The notes under the pieces are model-generated. The model ran no database searches, was not told the origin of the DNA, and saw only the letters and a list, made by a program, of their open reading frames with translations. DNA of 64,000 nt from a virus, in IMG/VR virus record IMGVR_UViG_3300031603_000001, positions 1-64,000 of that record; one strand, 5' to 3'. The translations under genes and the position numbers were made by a program. Every line of letters begins with the position of its first letter. Position 1 is the first letter of the stretch. Below are positions 33,601-42,100 of the stretch, piece after piece.

Positions 33601-35659
33601 ATTTGCACCCCAAGGAGGAACAGGGAGGGATCTAGTACTACAGACAAAAGGGTTTGGTCTAGGAGAAAGTCCAATATCCTATCAGTCAGCCGTCGACTTA
33701 CTTCAGGAGCTAAAACAAACAGGGCAATTAGGTGTATCAGACGAGGCAGCTGCAGGATGGCTGCGTGGAGAAACTGGCCGAAGAATGGGCCGCAATAGAT
33801 CTCCTGATGCAGTACAAGGTCAAGTACTAATCGGCCAACTATACGTACAGCCGGATGAATTATGGAAAGCTGCGGACTCCTTAGGTGCTCCTTACGTATC
33901 TAACTCAGCGGTATACGTAGATCGCGTTGCCATGAAGTTCATGCGTGGTGATCAGGACGGTGACCTTGCAGCACTGCTAAACATGGGCGGGTTTATTGAT
34001 TCAGAAACGGGACAGATAGGGCCTAAAGGCAGCGCTTCCCGTAATCTTACAGGTGGAATCTCAGTATCAGAAGCAACTGAAAAGATGGCCTTGGCACATT
34101 CATCGTACTTAGCTAAGTGGGAAGAACTAGAACGGCGAAGAAAAGGAATTGGACGAGCAGCCCCGGGTGATGTGTACTTTGCAGGCACAGTGAACCAGGA
34201 TGGTAGAGAGTTATTCCTACATAAAGATCCTACTAAACATCTCACCATGACTGCTAGCCTACGGGAAACACTCCCGGAAGGCCTACTTTCTGATGTTATC
34301 CAGATAGACGATCCTGTACAAACAAGTGTACAGCACCTTACCCAGAAATCCTTTACACCTATAATTGGTGGGTACGTTAAAGGTGCTATCGCCATGGCGT
34401 ATGGAGGAAGGTTAGGACTACTAAACAGATTAGAAGATGAAATAGCAGGATCTCCAGGCGCATTCGACACACTACTCGAGAAGAATAACCTCGGAGGAAT
34501 CTACGGACGTACCTTGACTAGTGGCGCATATCTGAAATCTATGGGCACACTCAATACAGTGCATCCAAACCTATTAAATCAAACTGGACACGAGCTTGTA
34601 GGAAATGCCATGTCAGCTATGATGCAAGAGGGTGGTATAACAAAGATCAACACTAACCCAGTAGCAGGCCTCGTCACGTTGATGTCTCATATGCGTAACA
34701 TCAAAACAGCTATGGGTACTCCTCAATTTGATGAAGCTACTAAATTCCTTGCATATATGGATGATCACCCCGACTTTGAGGGTATGAGTATACTCCATCA
34801 GTTACGAGACCGCCCAGCCTCACAGTACAGCCAAGTAGAGAATGTACAACTTCGGCAGACAGCTTACGAATTAGCCAATGCGTATGGTATAGCAACCAAT
34901 ACACTAGAAGCTACTGCTAAAATAAACCAAGCCCAATTCCTAGAAACAATAGGAGAAAAGAAGAACAAAGGCAAGATTGCTGAAATGCTTGATACTATAC
35001 ACACTAGTAGGTTTATTGGAGACATGGATAGGCAAGCTGCTAGCGGGCCTACTTCAGAAATACAATCACTAGTTGCAGGTAATGACGGCTTTACCACAGC
35101 CTTTAGATCAACCCTCACTCACTCTATGCGTTCCTTAGGTATGCACAATAATACTACAGAAAACTTAGTAGCAGGCATGATGGGAGGCATAGGTAGCACA
35201 ACAACTATGCGTATGCGCTCGGCTGGTAGAATAATGACAGAGACCCTTAAAGAGAACGTCGGGCGTTTGTTTAATTTCATAGACTCATCAACTGTACGTA
35301 AACTATCCGGACGTATAGGTACTGTTGCTGCAGCACTTACGTTCTTTGATCCAAACACAGGTTCCATGATGATAGGAGAGGGTGAAGGACGTGGCGGAGA
35401 ATACAGTGACATACCATCTGGTAAGGAAGTGATGAGAGCTTTCAAGAACCGCAAGACTGTTAGAACTAAAGAAGCCAACCCCTTCTTGCAAGATAAGCTA
35501 GCACGTCTCTCATTTGCTAACCCTAGAAATGAACGTAGAACTGTCAGAGGGCAACTGGTACCAGAGGCGCCAAAGTATGAATACAACAACCATACACGCA
35601 AATTCAATAAATTTAATATTAGTGACCATCTCCGCAGAGCTGGTGCGATAATGCAATGA
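27653..35659 (+). CDS. Giant virion-associated protein (2668 aa): DEDDh exonuclease plus a putative two-barrel RNA polymerase catalytic region
   Basis: Overlaps the end of the previous giant ORF. Exo I/II/III motifs at aa 576-854; RSP (2049-2051) and GDQDGD (2099-2104) in a beta-prime-like context. Confidence 0.65.
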   Translation: MADKTKDAQDTALSALLSLPTLLGIVKAAPTVVDALSQFSTYLNKNTTESVNSVLNSFLEQSADAPYVRTADTSMVKAAQKAIESTKQQLVHEQRQRLGVSNAEIADGTKSKWRAISQAISNNPSRKGYGTTIISGEGVSSSIEINNLYDMMANGFSSANHPIAPFRRPDQAAPGTAFLNKMDKHFPGSQAQYGTVGSIRPAAALAFVQAHQRGYGYGPTNQIRLGNYSEAAVEEHLGELAGELDNVHKAALLGDQRAQRVMRDTYKNLQKSVSPTEQRVTSFSADIQVRLEKTKSISLQSSANIETWLRVGTEGSSAARVRDLASKTLYGRIGHPELYTQLNDPVYRSAKIGDQLNRYRAILQEVKASSAGATGPEMEAIDAIEKTIRAQNSKMRNMQLEIAGITYDNGGLTQQALEFTISSNGKNKSMHLQPISWMVPVTTQGYISRGPGAIPDVTILNHAGLYGSNARNLKDAGDMALMDNAKMFGKLLNDIRDNRMSEEEIRRVVSRASSKSTAYTVPRTYTAKDVMNRTMVQFDEHDFYLNRQSKDNFRRVIEGSKGIDLLRTGGDAILYDTEYGSGLSRRTATPQEVTRSLATETYEHGLLYMDTAADRLLAAPEPGSLNAVPTGSQARHNMEMWLRTHGTSASEVVEWKRKARLNGSTGKVARRAIALMGKWEEEYLHRDGRSRQSFFFTQEGPAFDVPILRNTLQQLSANGIGERELRKEFGPLYDRLFAGINNRHAVADVLSDSYRHANAMSIFRVLNPKQPVSEGAQSMFTFYYGMSTLELEKTVGMATSETAWKDKTIINRVFGKKGPTPKQLESVKYILKTIRDDNLVGKTGPIHGHAAQFDVTMLRYILTGMQKQVGNLSAKELAGINTVATRAETLYQRSSASWTSGPNFIQSNRDRFDPYAPQTASGALSVSLTSTSKTQASRLKGTLLHLEKVLPLGALNNFGREKYQFAAGRVLNPMAGSNTYKGKKLTTAVGYGQLQTTAAAIELEFETLANTLGNDAPPELLRAMEEMTADKEAGNLNLPKLFAKMNAIKSRVGHTSVITMIDYLPEGFAYTEESGSIIQDQLLPYFASYAKESKHTTYFNTKYTAAQIGTDEGMAKFLSKLKFHKGIQYEINKKLSDKTLAISQPVAGKFSLELMGMHGAFDEAQRFVENSGTPPPSAVLAGEALVTSDTSGLGSLYAFGPEYDHQVPGFPSKITIDTNTGEISIGLHHVELDSLGGKTQTDGKVTKQSNTGLSGRVMGTLGNPKYTRGYTLDPFVGAAQGGKYGGSRNETAAALLKQVDRISTKWVMYDNLSIVEQERRANKIWTDLLGDKAADIDFSHTTITTPNGDRPILVTILPDRAEMAVKQNYKLGKLEEILRREGLTYDYVQRRFKENIDRLKLSDPGGRWTAAITQLNQSLERDINTSKAGSTEYANLVRVQANIGNPNEAAPLDLVSLVHGMGKSAQHWGLRALGTRSTSSSVADFWIKFSRAETLSGFPNITPRLLGTTANILLQSFDLATRTKKGGAGPADFNVMAGFLSGQAGVNHVNMWNENAIGDTLLDTQLLNEFYLNKRGVIPDTLDIKGLPNPKKIGITSASVLDVTEELEILGSLQKHVDFDDPNFHSMGRNERSHYLQGKFGKKPSDDFLHNLQLAKDQRETVWYADREWLHRAKLLKPRGPGGNRFIRYDAPTLTQLSKGFDIHGGGSWQTQIARALDSNGADSIKAVGYNGKTVILDSLKKRLIDAKLIDGNGRLQFEFDVKDLLESQIEKLGSNTGGDAAKHKELLQALLRQVDEASVTKDHFVLPSIGGVQAPYASGDRVLFSGLMKDTQGTLQAFGKLDSMRIDLTMDTATSKYRKYRKGKGGIHEAAIIDMGIDSVVADIKRNAMEVSGRVMNTWTKIGTAGFQQANFRAAAGTTTMAWGKLQNSMTLVPALEQVYSKIGTSDFVNTSYALPDFLNVSDKSPFKLDTWLSNLSKGNKVFAPQGGTGRDLVLQTKGFGLGESPISYQSAVDLLQELKQTGQLGVSDEAAAGWLRGETGRRMGRNRSPDAVQGQVLIGQLYVQPDELWKAADSLGAPYVSNSAVYVDRVAMKFMRGDQDGDLAALLNMGGFIDSETGQIGPKGSASRNLTGGISVSEATEKMALAHSSYLAKWEELERRRKGIGRAAPGDVYFAGTVNQDGRELFLHKDPTKHLTMTASLRETLPEGLLSDVIQIDDPVQTSVQHLTQKSFTPIIGGYVKGAIAMAYGGRLGLLNRLEDEIAGSPGAFDTLLEKNNLGGIYGRTLTSGAYLKSMGTLNTVHPNLLNQTGHELVGNAMSAMMQEGGITKINTNPVAGLVTLMSHMRNIKTAMGTPQFDEATKFLAYMDDHPDFEGMSILHQLRDRPASQYSQVENVQLRQTAYELANAYGIATNTLEATAKINQAQFLETIGEKKNKGKIAEMLDTIHTSRFIGDMDRQAASGPTSEIQSLVAGNDGFTTAFRSTLTHSMRSLGMHNNTTENLVAGMMGGIGSTTTMRMRSAGRIMTETLKENVGRLFNFIDSSTVRKLSGRIGTVAAALTFFDPNTGSMMIGEGEGRGGEYSDIPSGKEVMRAFKNRKTVRTKEANPFLQDKLARLSFANPRNERRTVRGQLVPEAPKYEYNNHTRKFNKFNISDHLRRAGAIMQ
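29366..30250 (+). other. DEDDh (DnaQ-like) 3'-5' exonuclease domain
   Basis: Exo I ILYDTEYG (D576, E578) then ETYEHGLL; Exo II TQEGPAFDVPIL (D704); Exo III HGHAAQFDV (H849-x4-D854). All catalytic positions are intact. Confidence 0.85.
33620..34110 (+). other. Putative double-psi beta-barrel RNA polymerase active-site region
   Basis: RDLVLQTKGFGLGESPISYQSAVDLL...GRNRSP...NSAVYVDRVAMKFMRGDQDGDLAALL parallels E. coli beta-prime [26 protein letters not shown]...LLNRAP...[24 protein letters not shown]. Confidence 0.6.
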
Positions 35660-35829
35660 TAGTAATTAACCTAGCACTGAAGAATATCCCTTACGAACTC
35701 GATATCCAACAGATACTCGATCACATCAGACTTATACTAATAGAACAATATGGCGTAGACCCAGAGTTCGTCGTCAACGATCATGATCTAGTTAACATAC
35801 TAAGACTTTCCGGATTACAAAATGGCTAA
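35656..35829 (+). CDS. 57-aa ORF missing from the supplied track
   Basis: MIVINLALKNIPYELDIQQILDHIRLILIEQYGVDPEFVVNDHDLVNILRLSGLQNG. The ATG overlaps the TGA of the giant ORF (ATGA) and the TAA overlaps the next start, filling the gap exactly. Confidence 0.75.
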   Translation: MIVINLALKNIPYELDIQQILDHIRLILIEQYGVDPEFVVNDHDLVNILRLSGLQNG

Positions 35830-38800
35830 TCTAAAATACACAGATATACTAGACGGTATCGCTACATTCGAATCTTCTACTACAGCCAGCGGGGCTACTA
35901 AAGTAAGTACACTCACAGGCAAGTACTATGGAATCTATCAAATAGACCGTGCTAACCAGACAAGAGTACTAGGTCTGGACGCTGAGGGCAAATACCTACC
36001 AAGGTACAAAGGATTCGGACTGAACTCTACAGTAGCGGCTGATTTAGCTAATCGAATACAAGTCGGCACAACCAATGCCACAGCATTAACTACAAATGAA
36101 CAAAGACTTGTATGGCTAATATGGCATACAATAGAAGCAGTATATCAACTGTATAAATTTGATGCACGTAAGTGGTCAACAGATGTCGACATAGATGGAC
36201 GCAGAATAGCTTTATCTAACATAAGTCCAGCAACAGCAGCACGTGCTAACGACGCTTTGTGGGATATACTCTGCAGTATTACAGCACGTTGTCCCGCGGG
36301 TGGGCACAAAACAGGCCCTACACATCTGCAGACTATCAAACAGCTACTAGGAGACCCATTAGATCCAAACAAAGCAGGTCCTGGCGCAGTTGGTAAATAT
36401 GGGCCGTCTGTGTTTAGATACATGGTCACAGCAAGGTACCCAATAGCACCTAATAATAACGGCTATGGCCAGTTATTAGGGTACACGAAGAGGCACAGTA
36501 AAGGTGCATTAAAAGTGTCTGATCCGGCTACAGAATCTAAAGCTGACTGGAGTGTATCAAGTCTGGACATTTACCAAACATTAGCAAAAGAACTAACAGA
36601 GTTAAACGACACTGTAGGTCTATTCTCAGCTTTTGAATTCGGGTACAAATTCATTAACAAACTATTCAGAGTTGATCTAGCGACTCTTAACAACGTGCAC
36701 GGTGAGCAAGCCAGTGAAGTGGCATATGACACACGCACGCTAGAAGGTATATACTCGTACATACCTACTATAGAAATGACTAAGAGTACACCAGGGCTTC
36801 CACTGTATATAGGCGACTTGGGTTTCATAACTCCTCCAACAGCTATACGGTACAACGCGGCCGGGCAGTCCTACGCTTTTGAAGCACTACGCACCAGTAG
36901 CAACCCTATTGTACCTGTTAGCACGCAAAGACCAAGTATATCAATCACCCTGTACCTACATGGACAGGATGAAGTAAACAATAAACTACGCCCATTACTC
37001 GCTATGGCTAAACGTACCCCTTTTACACAAGTACGAAGTGGGATACTGTACAACATGTTAGTAGACCGCATACTTGCACAAGAACTCGAAGATATAGAGG
37101 ATAAAGCACAAGTACCTATCCCTGTTATAATCGATAACGTTTCTTTCCATACAGTCCCAGGGTACCCTGACGCTGTGCAGGTGTTCTTAACACTACGCTT
37201 CTTCAATGTATTCCCATACGGAATGATGTATTCTTATAATCCACAGACTCCCGATGAGATATCGGAAACCGTTAATTACAAAATCAATGAAGTCCTACGC
37301 CACTCTAGGGCCTTCAACCCCATCAGCTCTGCTGGGGAAACATTCGTTTCAGCCGACGGCTCACGAGTTAAGCTGCCCAAAGAGCAGCTCCCTCAATCCT
37401 TGACTGCTAATCTACACGATTCCCCTGAGTTTATACATTTCTACAGAGAACAACTAGCTGATTACACAACTCCTATGAGTTACGTACAATTGCCCGCTAA
37501 ATGGCCTGCCTATATACCAGACGGCGCGGCACAGACTACCCTCACATACAACACTATTACTAAACTAAATAGTCCATTCGTTGACGCACTCGAGTGGGTG
37601 CAAGGGCAGAAGGATGAAATATCTAGAGTCACTAGGATATTTGACTGGCTATACACTGACCCCAGAGGGCTGAAAACCTATAAGAATAGTAGTGACCCTG
37701 CTGCAATTAAAATACTGTTCTGGGAAAAGCTAGCAAGTCTTATTGATGCTACCCATAACCTAAAGGAGGGCGTCAGATTAATAAGATCAGAAGCCAATAG
37801 ACTAGTACTAGACGTACTAGACTCTACGGATTCACAAGACTTTACCTCAGCCGATTACCAACTATTTGCAGAAGAACTTGTCAACAACCCCTTCGTAGGC
37901 ATACCGACTGATGAAGTACAACACACTAGCACTTTACACGATGTGTTCGAAGCAGCCGTAGGCGACAAGGTAGAGAATATAACTACTGCCACCTACAAAC
38001 GCTGGCTAGAGAACCTTATAAACAGGGACAGTCCTATTCTCGCTACAGTAGAGGATCTACTTACTGTCAAAGTCAAAGCCTTATTTGGCAGCACTGAGAC
38101 AGCACCACGTACTGTGGCATTAACTTCCCAAAAGACGCCTGGCCCTACAAACACAGAGCTCGCGTCTGTACTGACGTCTATTAGCATATCGTACGGAAAC
38201 AAACTAGTCCCGATAGACATATTACAATACAAAACACCAACGTTTCAACATACTGGTATGGGACAGTTCGGTATGAGTATGATTATACAAACAAATGACC
38301 CAGGTATGATATCCACCATTAATGATATTAGACTAACACAAGCCGCCTTATCTAATCCTAATGAGATGGGAGGAGGCCGAGATCGTATAACTATATCGGA
38401 CCCACTACTTAACTCGTTTGGTTTACAGTATTTCAGTATTCGTAATACTCAAATCAAAACTATGACAGGCGCTGTGGGTTGGTACGAAATAGCAATTGAT
38501 ACATTACATAATCCAAAGACATTACACATGGCTGAGGACATTAAATCACTTACCACTAGCGCTAAAGCAGTGGTGCGTAGGTTGACCCCTTTGTTCTTTC
38601 CAGCAGAAATTGATATTGATCATCTTAGAGGACCAGACGGAGGAGTAACTCAGCAACTAGATGCCGGAAGGCTCTCTGTAGTTGGGACAGAAGGCTGGGT
38701 GTATGCTGACCATGAGTATCTAACTACTGATTACCAATTCACGATAGCCGACAGCCTGGTAGCAGTTTCCCCAGGTCAAAGTGATAATGACATTCAAATT

Positions 38801-39139
38801 ACTAAATCATTAAATGCGATACTGGAGCCTATACGTTCCGTACTTTTAGACTGGTCTACTGTGCTAGTGGCTGGAGGGGCAACTCACTTCAAAGATATGA
38901 TTAAGATAATGGCCAAACGTTACATGACATTCTCCGCCCAATCTGCAGTATTATGGATGGCGCAGCATACCAGCGCTACTCTCCCGGACGCTAAGTACAT
39001 AGACTTAACAGACCCAGAAGTCTCCGGGGTATCCACTGCCACGGCAGTTGCACTACATGTGCATCGCAAAACATTTATGCACACACTCTTTACGAACGCG
39101 CAGTTCAATAAGCAAATGAAGATTGCTAAACAACCTTAA
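35822..39139 (+). CDS. Baseplate/tail-tip structural protein with an N-terminal lysozyme-fold (SLT-like) motif
   Basis: N-terminus IATFESS...KYYGIYQID resembles the lysozyme E...YGxxQI motif. The middle PLYIGDLGF...ALRTSSNP...VPGYPDAVQVFLTL and late SISISYGNKLVPI...PTFQHTG blocks look like tube/hub-junction modules. Lies before the hub. Confidence 0.6.
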   Translation: MANLKYTDILDGIATFESSTTASGATKVSTLTGKYYGIYQIDRANQTRVLGLDAEGKYLPRYKGFGLNSTVAADLANRIQVGTTNATALTTNEQRLVWLIWHTIEAVYQLYKFDARKWSTDVDIDGRRIALSNISPATAARANDALWDILCSITARCPAGGHKTGPTHLQTIKQLLGDPLDPNKAGPGAVGKYGPSVFRYMVTARYPIAPNNNGYGQLLGYTKRHSKGALKVSDPATESKADWSVSSLDIYQTLAKELTELNDTVGLFSAFEFGYKFINKLFRVDLATLNNVHGEQASEVAYDTRTLEGIYSYIPTIEMTKSTPGLPLYIGDLGFITPPTAIRYNAAGQSYAFEALRTSSNPIVPVSTQRPSISITLYLHGQDEVNNKLRPLLAMAKRTPFTQVRSGILYNMLVDRILAQELEDIEDKAQVPIPVIIDNVSFHTVPGYPDAVQVFLTLRFFNVFPYGMMYSYNPQTPDEISETVNYKINEVLRHSRAFNPISSAGETFVSADGSRVKLPKEQLPQSLTANLHDSPEFIHFYREQLADYTTPMSYVQLPAKWPAYIPDGAAQTTLTYNTITKLNSPFVDALEWVQGQKDEISRVTRIFDWLYTDPRGLKTYKNSSDPAAIKILFWEKLASLIDATHNLKEGVRLIRSEANRLVLDVLDSTDSQDFTSADYQLFAEELVNNPFVGIPTDEVQHTSTLHDVFEAAVGDKVENITTATYKRWLENLINRDSPILATVEDLLTVKVKALFGSTETAPRTVALTSQKTPGPTNTELASVLTSISISYGNKLVPIDILQYKTPTFQHTGMGQFGMSMIIQTNDPGMISTINDIRLTQAALSNPNEMGGGRDRITISDPLLNSFGLQYFSIRNTQIKTMTGAVGWYEIAIDTLHNPKTLHMAEDIKSLTTSAKAVVRRLTPLFFPAEIDIDHLRGPDGGVTQQLDAGRLSVVGTEGWVYADHEYLTTDYQFTIADSLVAVSPGQSDNDIQITKSLNAILEPIRSVLLDWSTVLVAGGATHFKDMIKIMAKRYMTFSAQSAVLWMAQHTSATLPDAKYIDLTDPEVSGVSTATAVALHVHRKTFMHTLFTNAQFNKQMKIAKQP

Positions 39140-39149
39140 GTAGGTAAAT

Positions 39150-42100
39150 ATGGTAGACATACAACCACGATATCAAAATCCAGCTACAGAAGGAGACGGC
39201 GCTAACCCTGCCACAGCTCCGCCGCAAAGAACTTGGTTAAACAACTTTAATACAGAAGACTATACGTCATGGCTTAAAGAAGTTGCAGATAGTGTACGTA
39301 ATAACTACCCTGATTTTGATTTCAGAGAAGATGTTGTAGCAACATACAAAAGTGGAGGCACTCCTATTGACTCCCATAAACTACTGCACCCGGCGTGGTA
39401 TCTAGCCTCACGATCTTACACAGGGCCATTGGATCAAGTTAAAACATACCTTAATAAACTACGACTTTACTACCAAGGAACAATTGGCGCGTTATTCAGT
39501 ACATCCGCCGCAGCTGCACTTCACGACCGAAAGGATGTCCTTAGGAAATGGCTAGCGGACGAAGCTGGCAAAGGACTTCAAGATGAATTCCACGCATTAC
39601 TTGCTACAGGACTTAAGGCAGGCAAAAGTATCGTAACAGAGAGCCCGTTCGCTAGAGGCACTACTCCTGTAGATTACTTCAACCCTAATGTATTTGACTC
39701 AATCGATACAATTCTTGATGACGAACACCCGTTCAATAAATCAGGGGATGGCATAGCCGGTGAGATAGATGTCACACTTACTACCAGCCAGTTGTTCAAC
39801 ATAACACTCGCCTATAAGCTAGAAACATACTACGCTGTACAGGCTGTACTAGCAAGTAGCTTAAACGTAGGCAGCGTGTCCATCACTGTCGCAGGGACGA
39901 ATGCAACACTGCATACATCAGACAATCTTTACAAAGCAATACCTGATTACAAAGCACTTTTCACACTTATCAATAATCTATCCAGTAATCCTGCTAATCA
40001 GGCCACTACGATAGCTTCACTAGAAAGCATAACTGCTACTACAGACAGTAAGAATGCGTTAAATACACCATTAGGCTCTGTCTTAAGAGATCTACATCTA
40101 GAGATCACAGATTTATGCACAAACGGCACCATGGAGGCTGCCATACAGCCATTAGGGTTCCTGGACATAGACGCAGCTACCCTGAATGTGGAGCTAGATA
40201 AGCAACTAGCTCTAATGAAGAACAATGACTGGGAAGACAACTTTATTAAAGCATTTCCAACGTACAGATTGTTTATTATAGAAGAGGACACTAATCAATT
40301 ACGACTCTTTGATGATTTCTATTCATACGACGCTGTTCAATCTATTACAGTTGTTGAATCGAAGCATGCGGCTAGTTCAACAGCTATACTTAAGCTCTCT
40401 AACGTTACAGGCAGACTCAGCACAGCAGGTATAGAAGAGTTTCTATACGACCATGATAATCCGGCCCCTCTGTCCTCAATACAACTACGTTCCGGTACAA
40501 AGATTATGATCAGAATGGGATACGGGCCCGACTACCGTAACCTGCCAGTATCCTTCCTTGGGACAATAACAGAAGTAGTACCAGGTCCTGTACTTGAAAT
40601 ACAAGCACAAAGCTTTGGGGCAGAACTTTTACATGAATTCACTACAGAATTAGAAGGTACAGCAGATGCCCATGACTCTATGGGACAGGTCGTCATGACT
40701 GTACTAGACCAAACTCCCGGGTTAAAACACTTCGGTAGATGGCAGTTACAGCAGAACCAACTAGACGAAAAAACTACATCAGGCAAGACACTCAGTGATG
40801 CGTATAAAGTGGCCAACTTTGCCTACCTGACGGGTATGCTGATACAGGACTTCAATTTAGGGGCCCTGGACATGATAGGGATAAACCCATCACAATCCGG
40901 AGGGTTGGTAGCGGCTGCAGATTTTATCAATGCATGGCAGCAGAACACAAACGCCCATGCTATGCTACTCAACTTCGGTAATGATCTATATCAAAACATA
41001 TATGTAAACAATAAGAACCCTAGATTATACGGGTTCCTGCGTTTTGTTTCCCAACTAGAGGTAGATGGAGGCGGTAAATTAAACTGGTATATAGACAACC
41101 AAAGTACATGGTCTGCCTTGTGGGAACTAGCTACACACCACGGTGATTACATTGTAAGACCTCTTATATATAATGAGGGTATGTCTTTATTCTCAGGTAA
41201 CCAGGTACGTAACACTTTATACTTTGGACCACGTGAAGGAACATACAAAGCATTCGATACGCCCTACCACCTAAAAAGTGATGATGAAATAAGCGAAGGC
41301 TTCGCTACATTATATAGAGGATACACAGATGCAGAGCGTGCGGACTTGCCAGCACAGGCTGCTATTAATGCGTACAAGCCGGGCACCACGGCCAACGCCT
41401 TGTTCACAGATAAATCGTACCCACACACATACATTCAAATACCAGGTAAAGGCAAGCACCATGACCCTGAGTGCACCTGTTTGTTACCGGGACCTAGTAA
41501 CCCTCTTCCAAGTGAAGTAGAGGCTATGACTCTTATTGCAAAACTCACAAAAGGTAATCTAGCAGACGCAGAGATACACAGGATACGAGATCTTAATCGT
41601 GTACAGAACGATGTGTTCTCTTTACCAAGAGCAATAGGATCCGGAGTAGCAGAATCTATTGATCTATTGCTTGGAAGACCAAGTGAACTAGAATACGAAG
41701 GTAACATGATCTTCGAAATCATGAAAGGCTATGCCCCTAAACTGGCAGAGTTTGGCAAAGCACACCTAGAGTCTATGATGGACGTAGAGCAAGGGAGGGC
41801 AACCGCTACCACCATTGATACTCCTCTTGACTTATTTGTAGCAGCTACACCTATCGGTAACCTTAATATGTTCATGCATATAATCGCCGGGGGCAACCCC
41901 GGACGCTTTACACAAGGCTCCCACCCAACAGTTGGTTATATTCTAGAGAACCAAGTTGAGGTAGCGTTTGAGACTAAAGAGGCTTATCTAGAACAGTGGT
42001 ACACAGCGTTACGTCAAGACATTCCTCTCATTATAGCCAACAGTACTGCCCTTGGGATCACTCCTAGTTTATCAGAGCACCCAGGTCTGAGTCATCTAAA

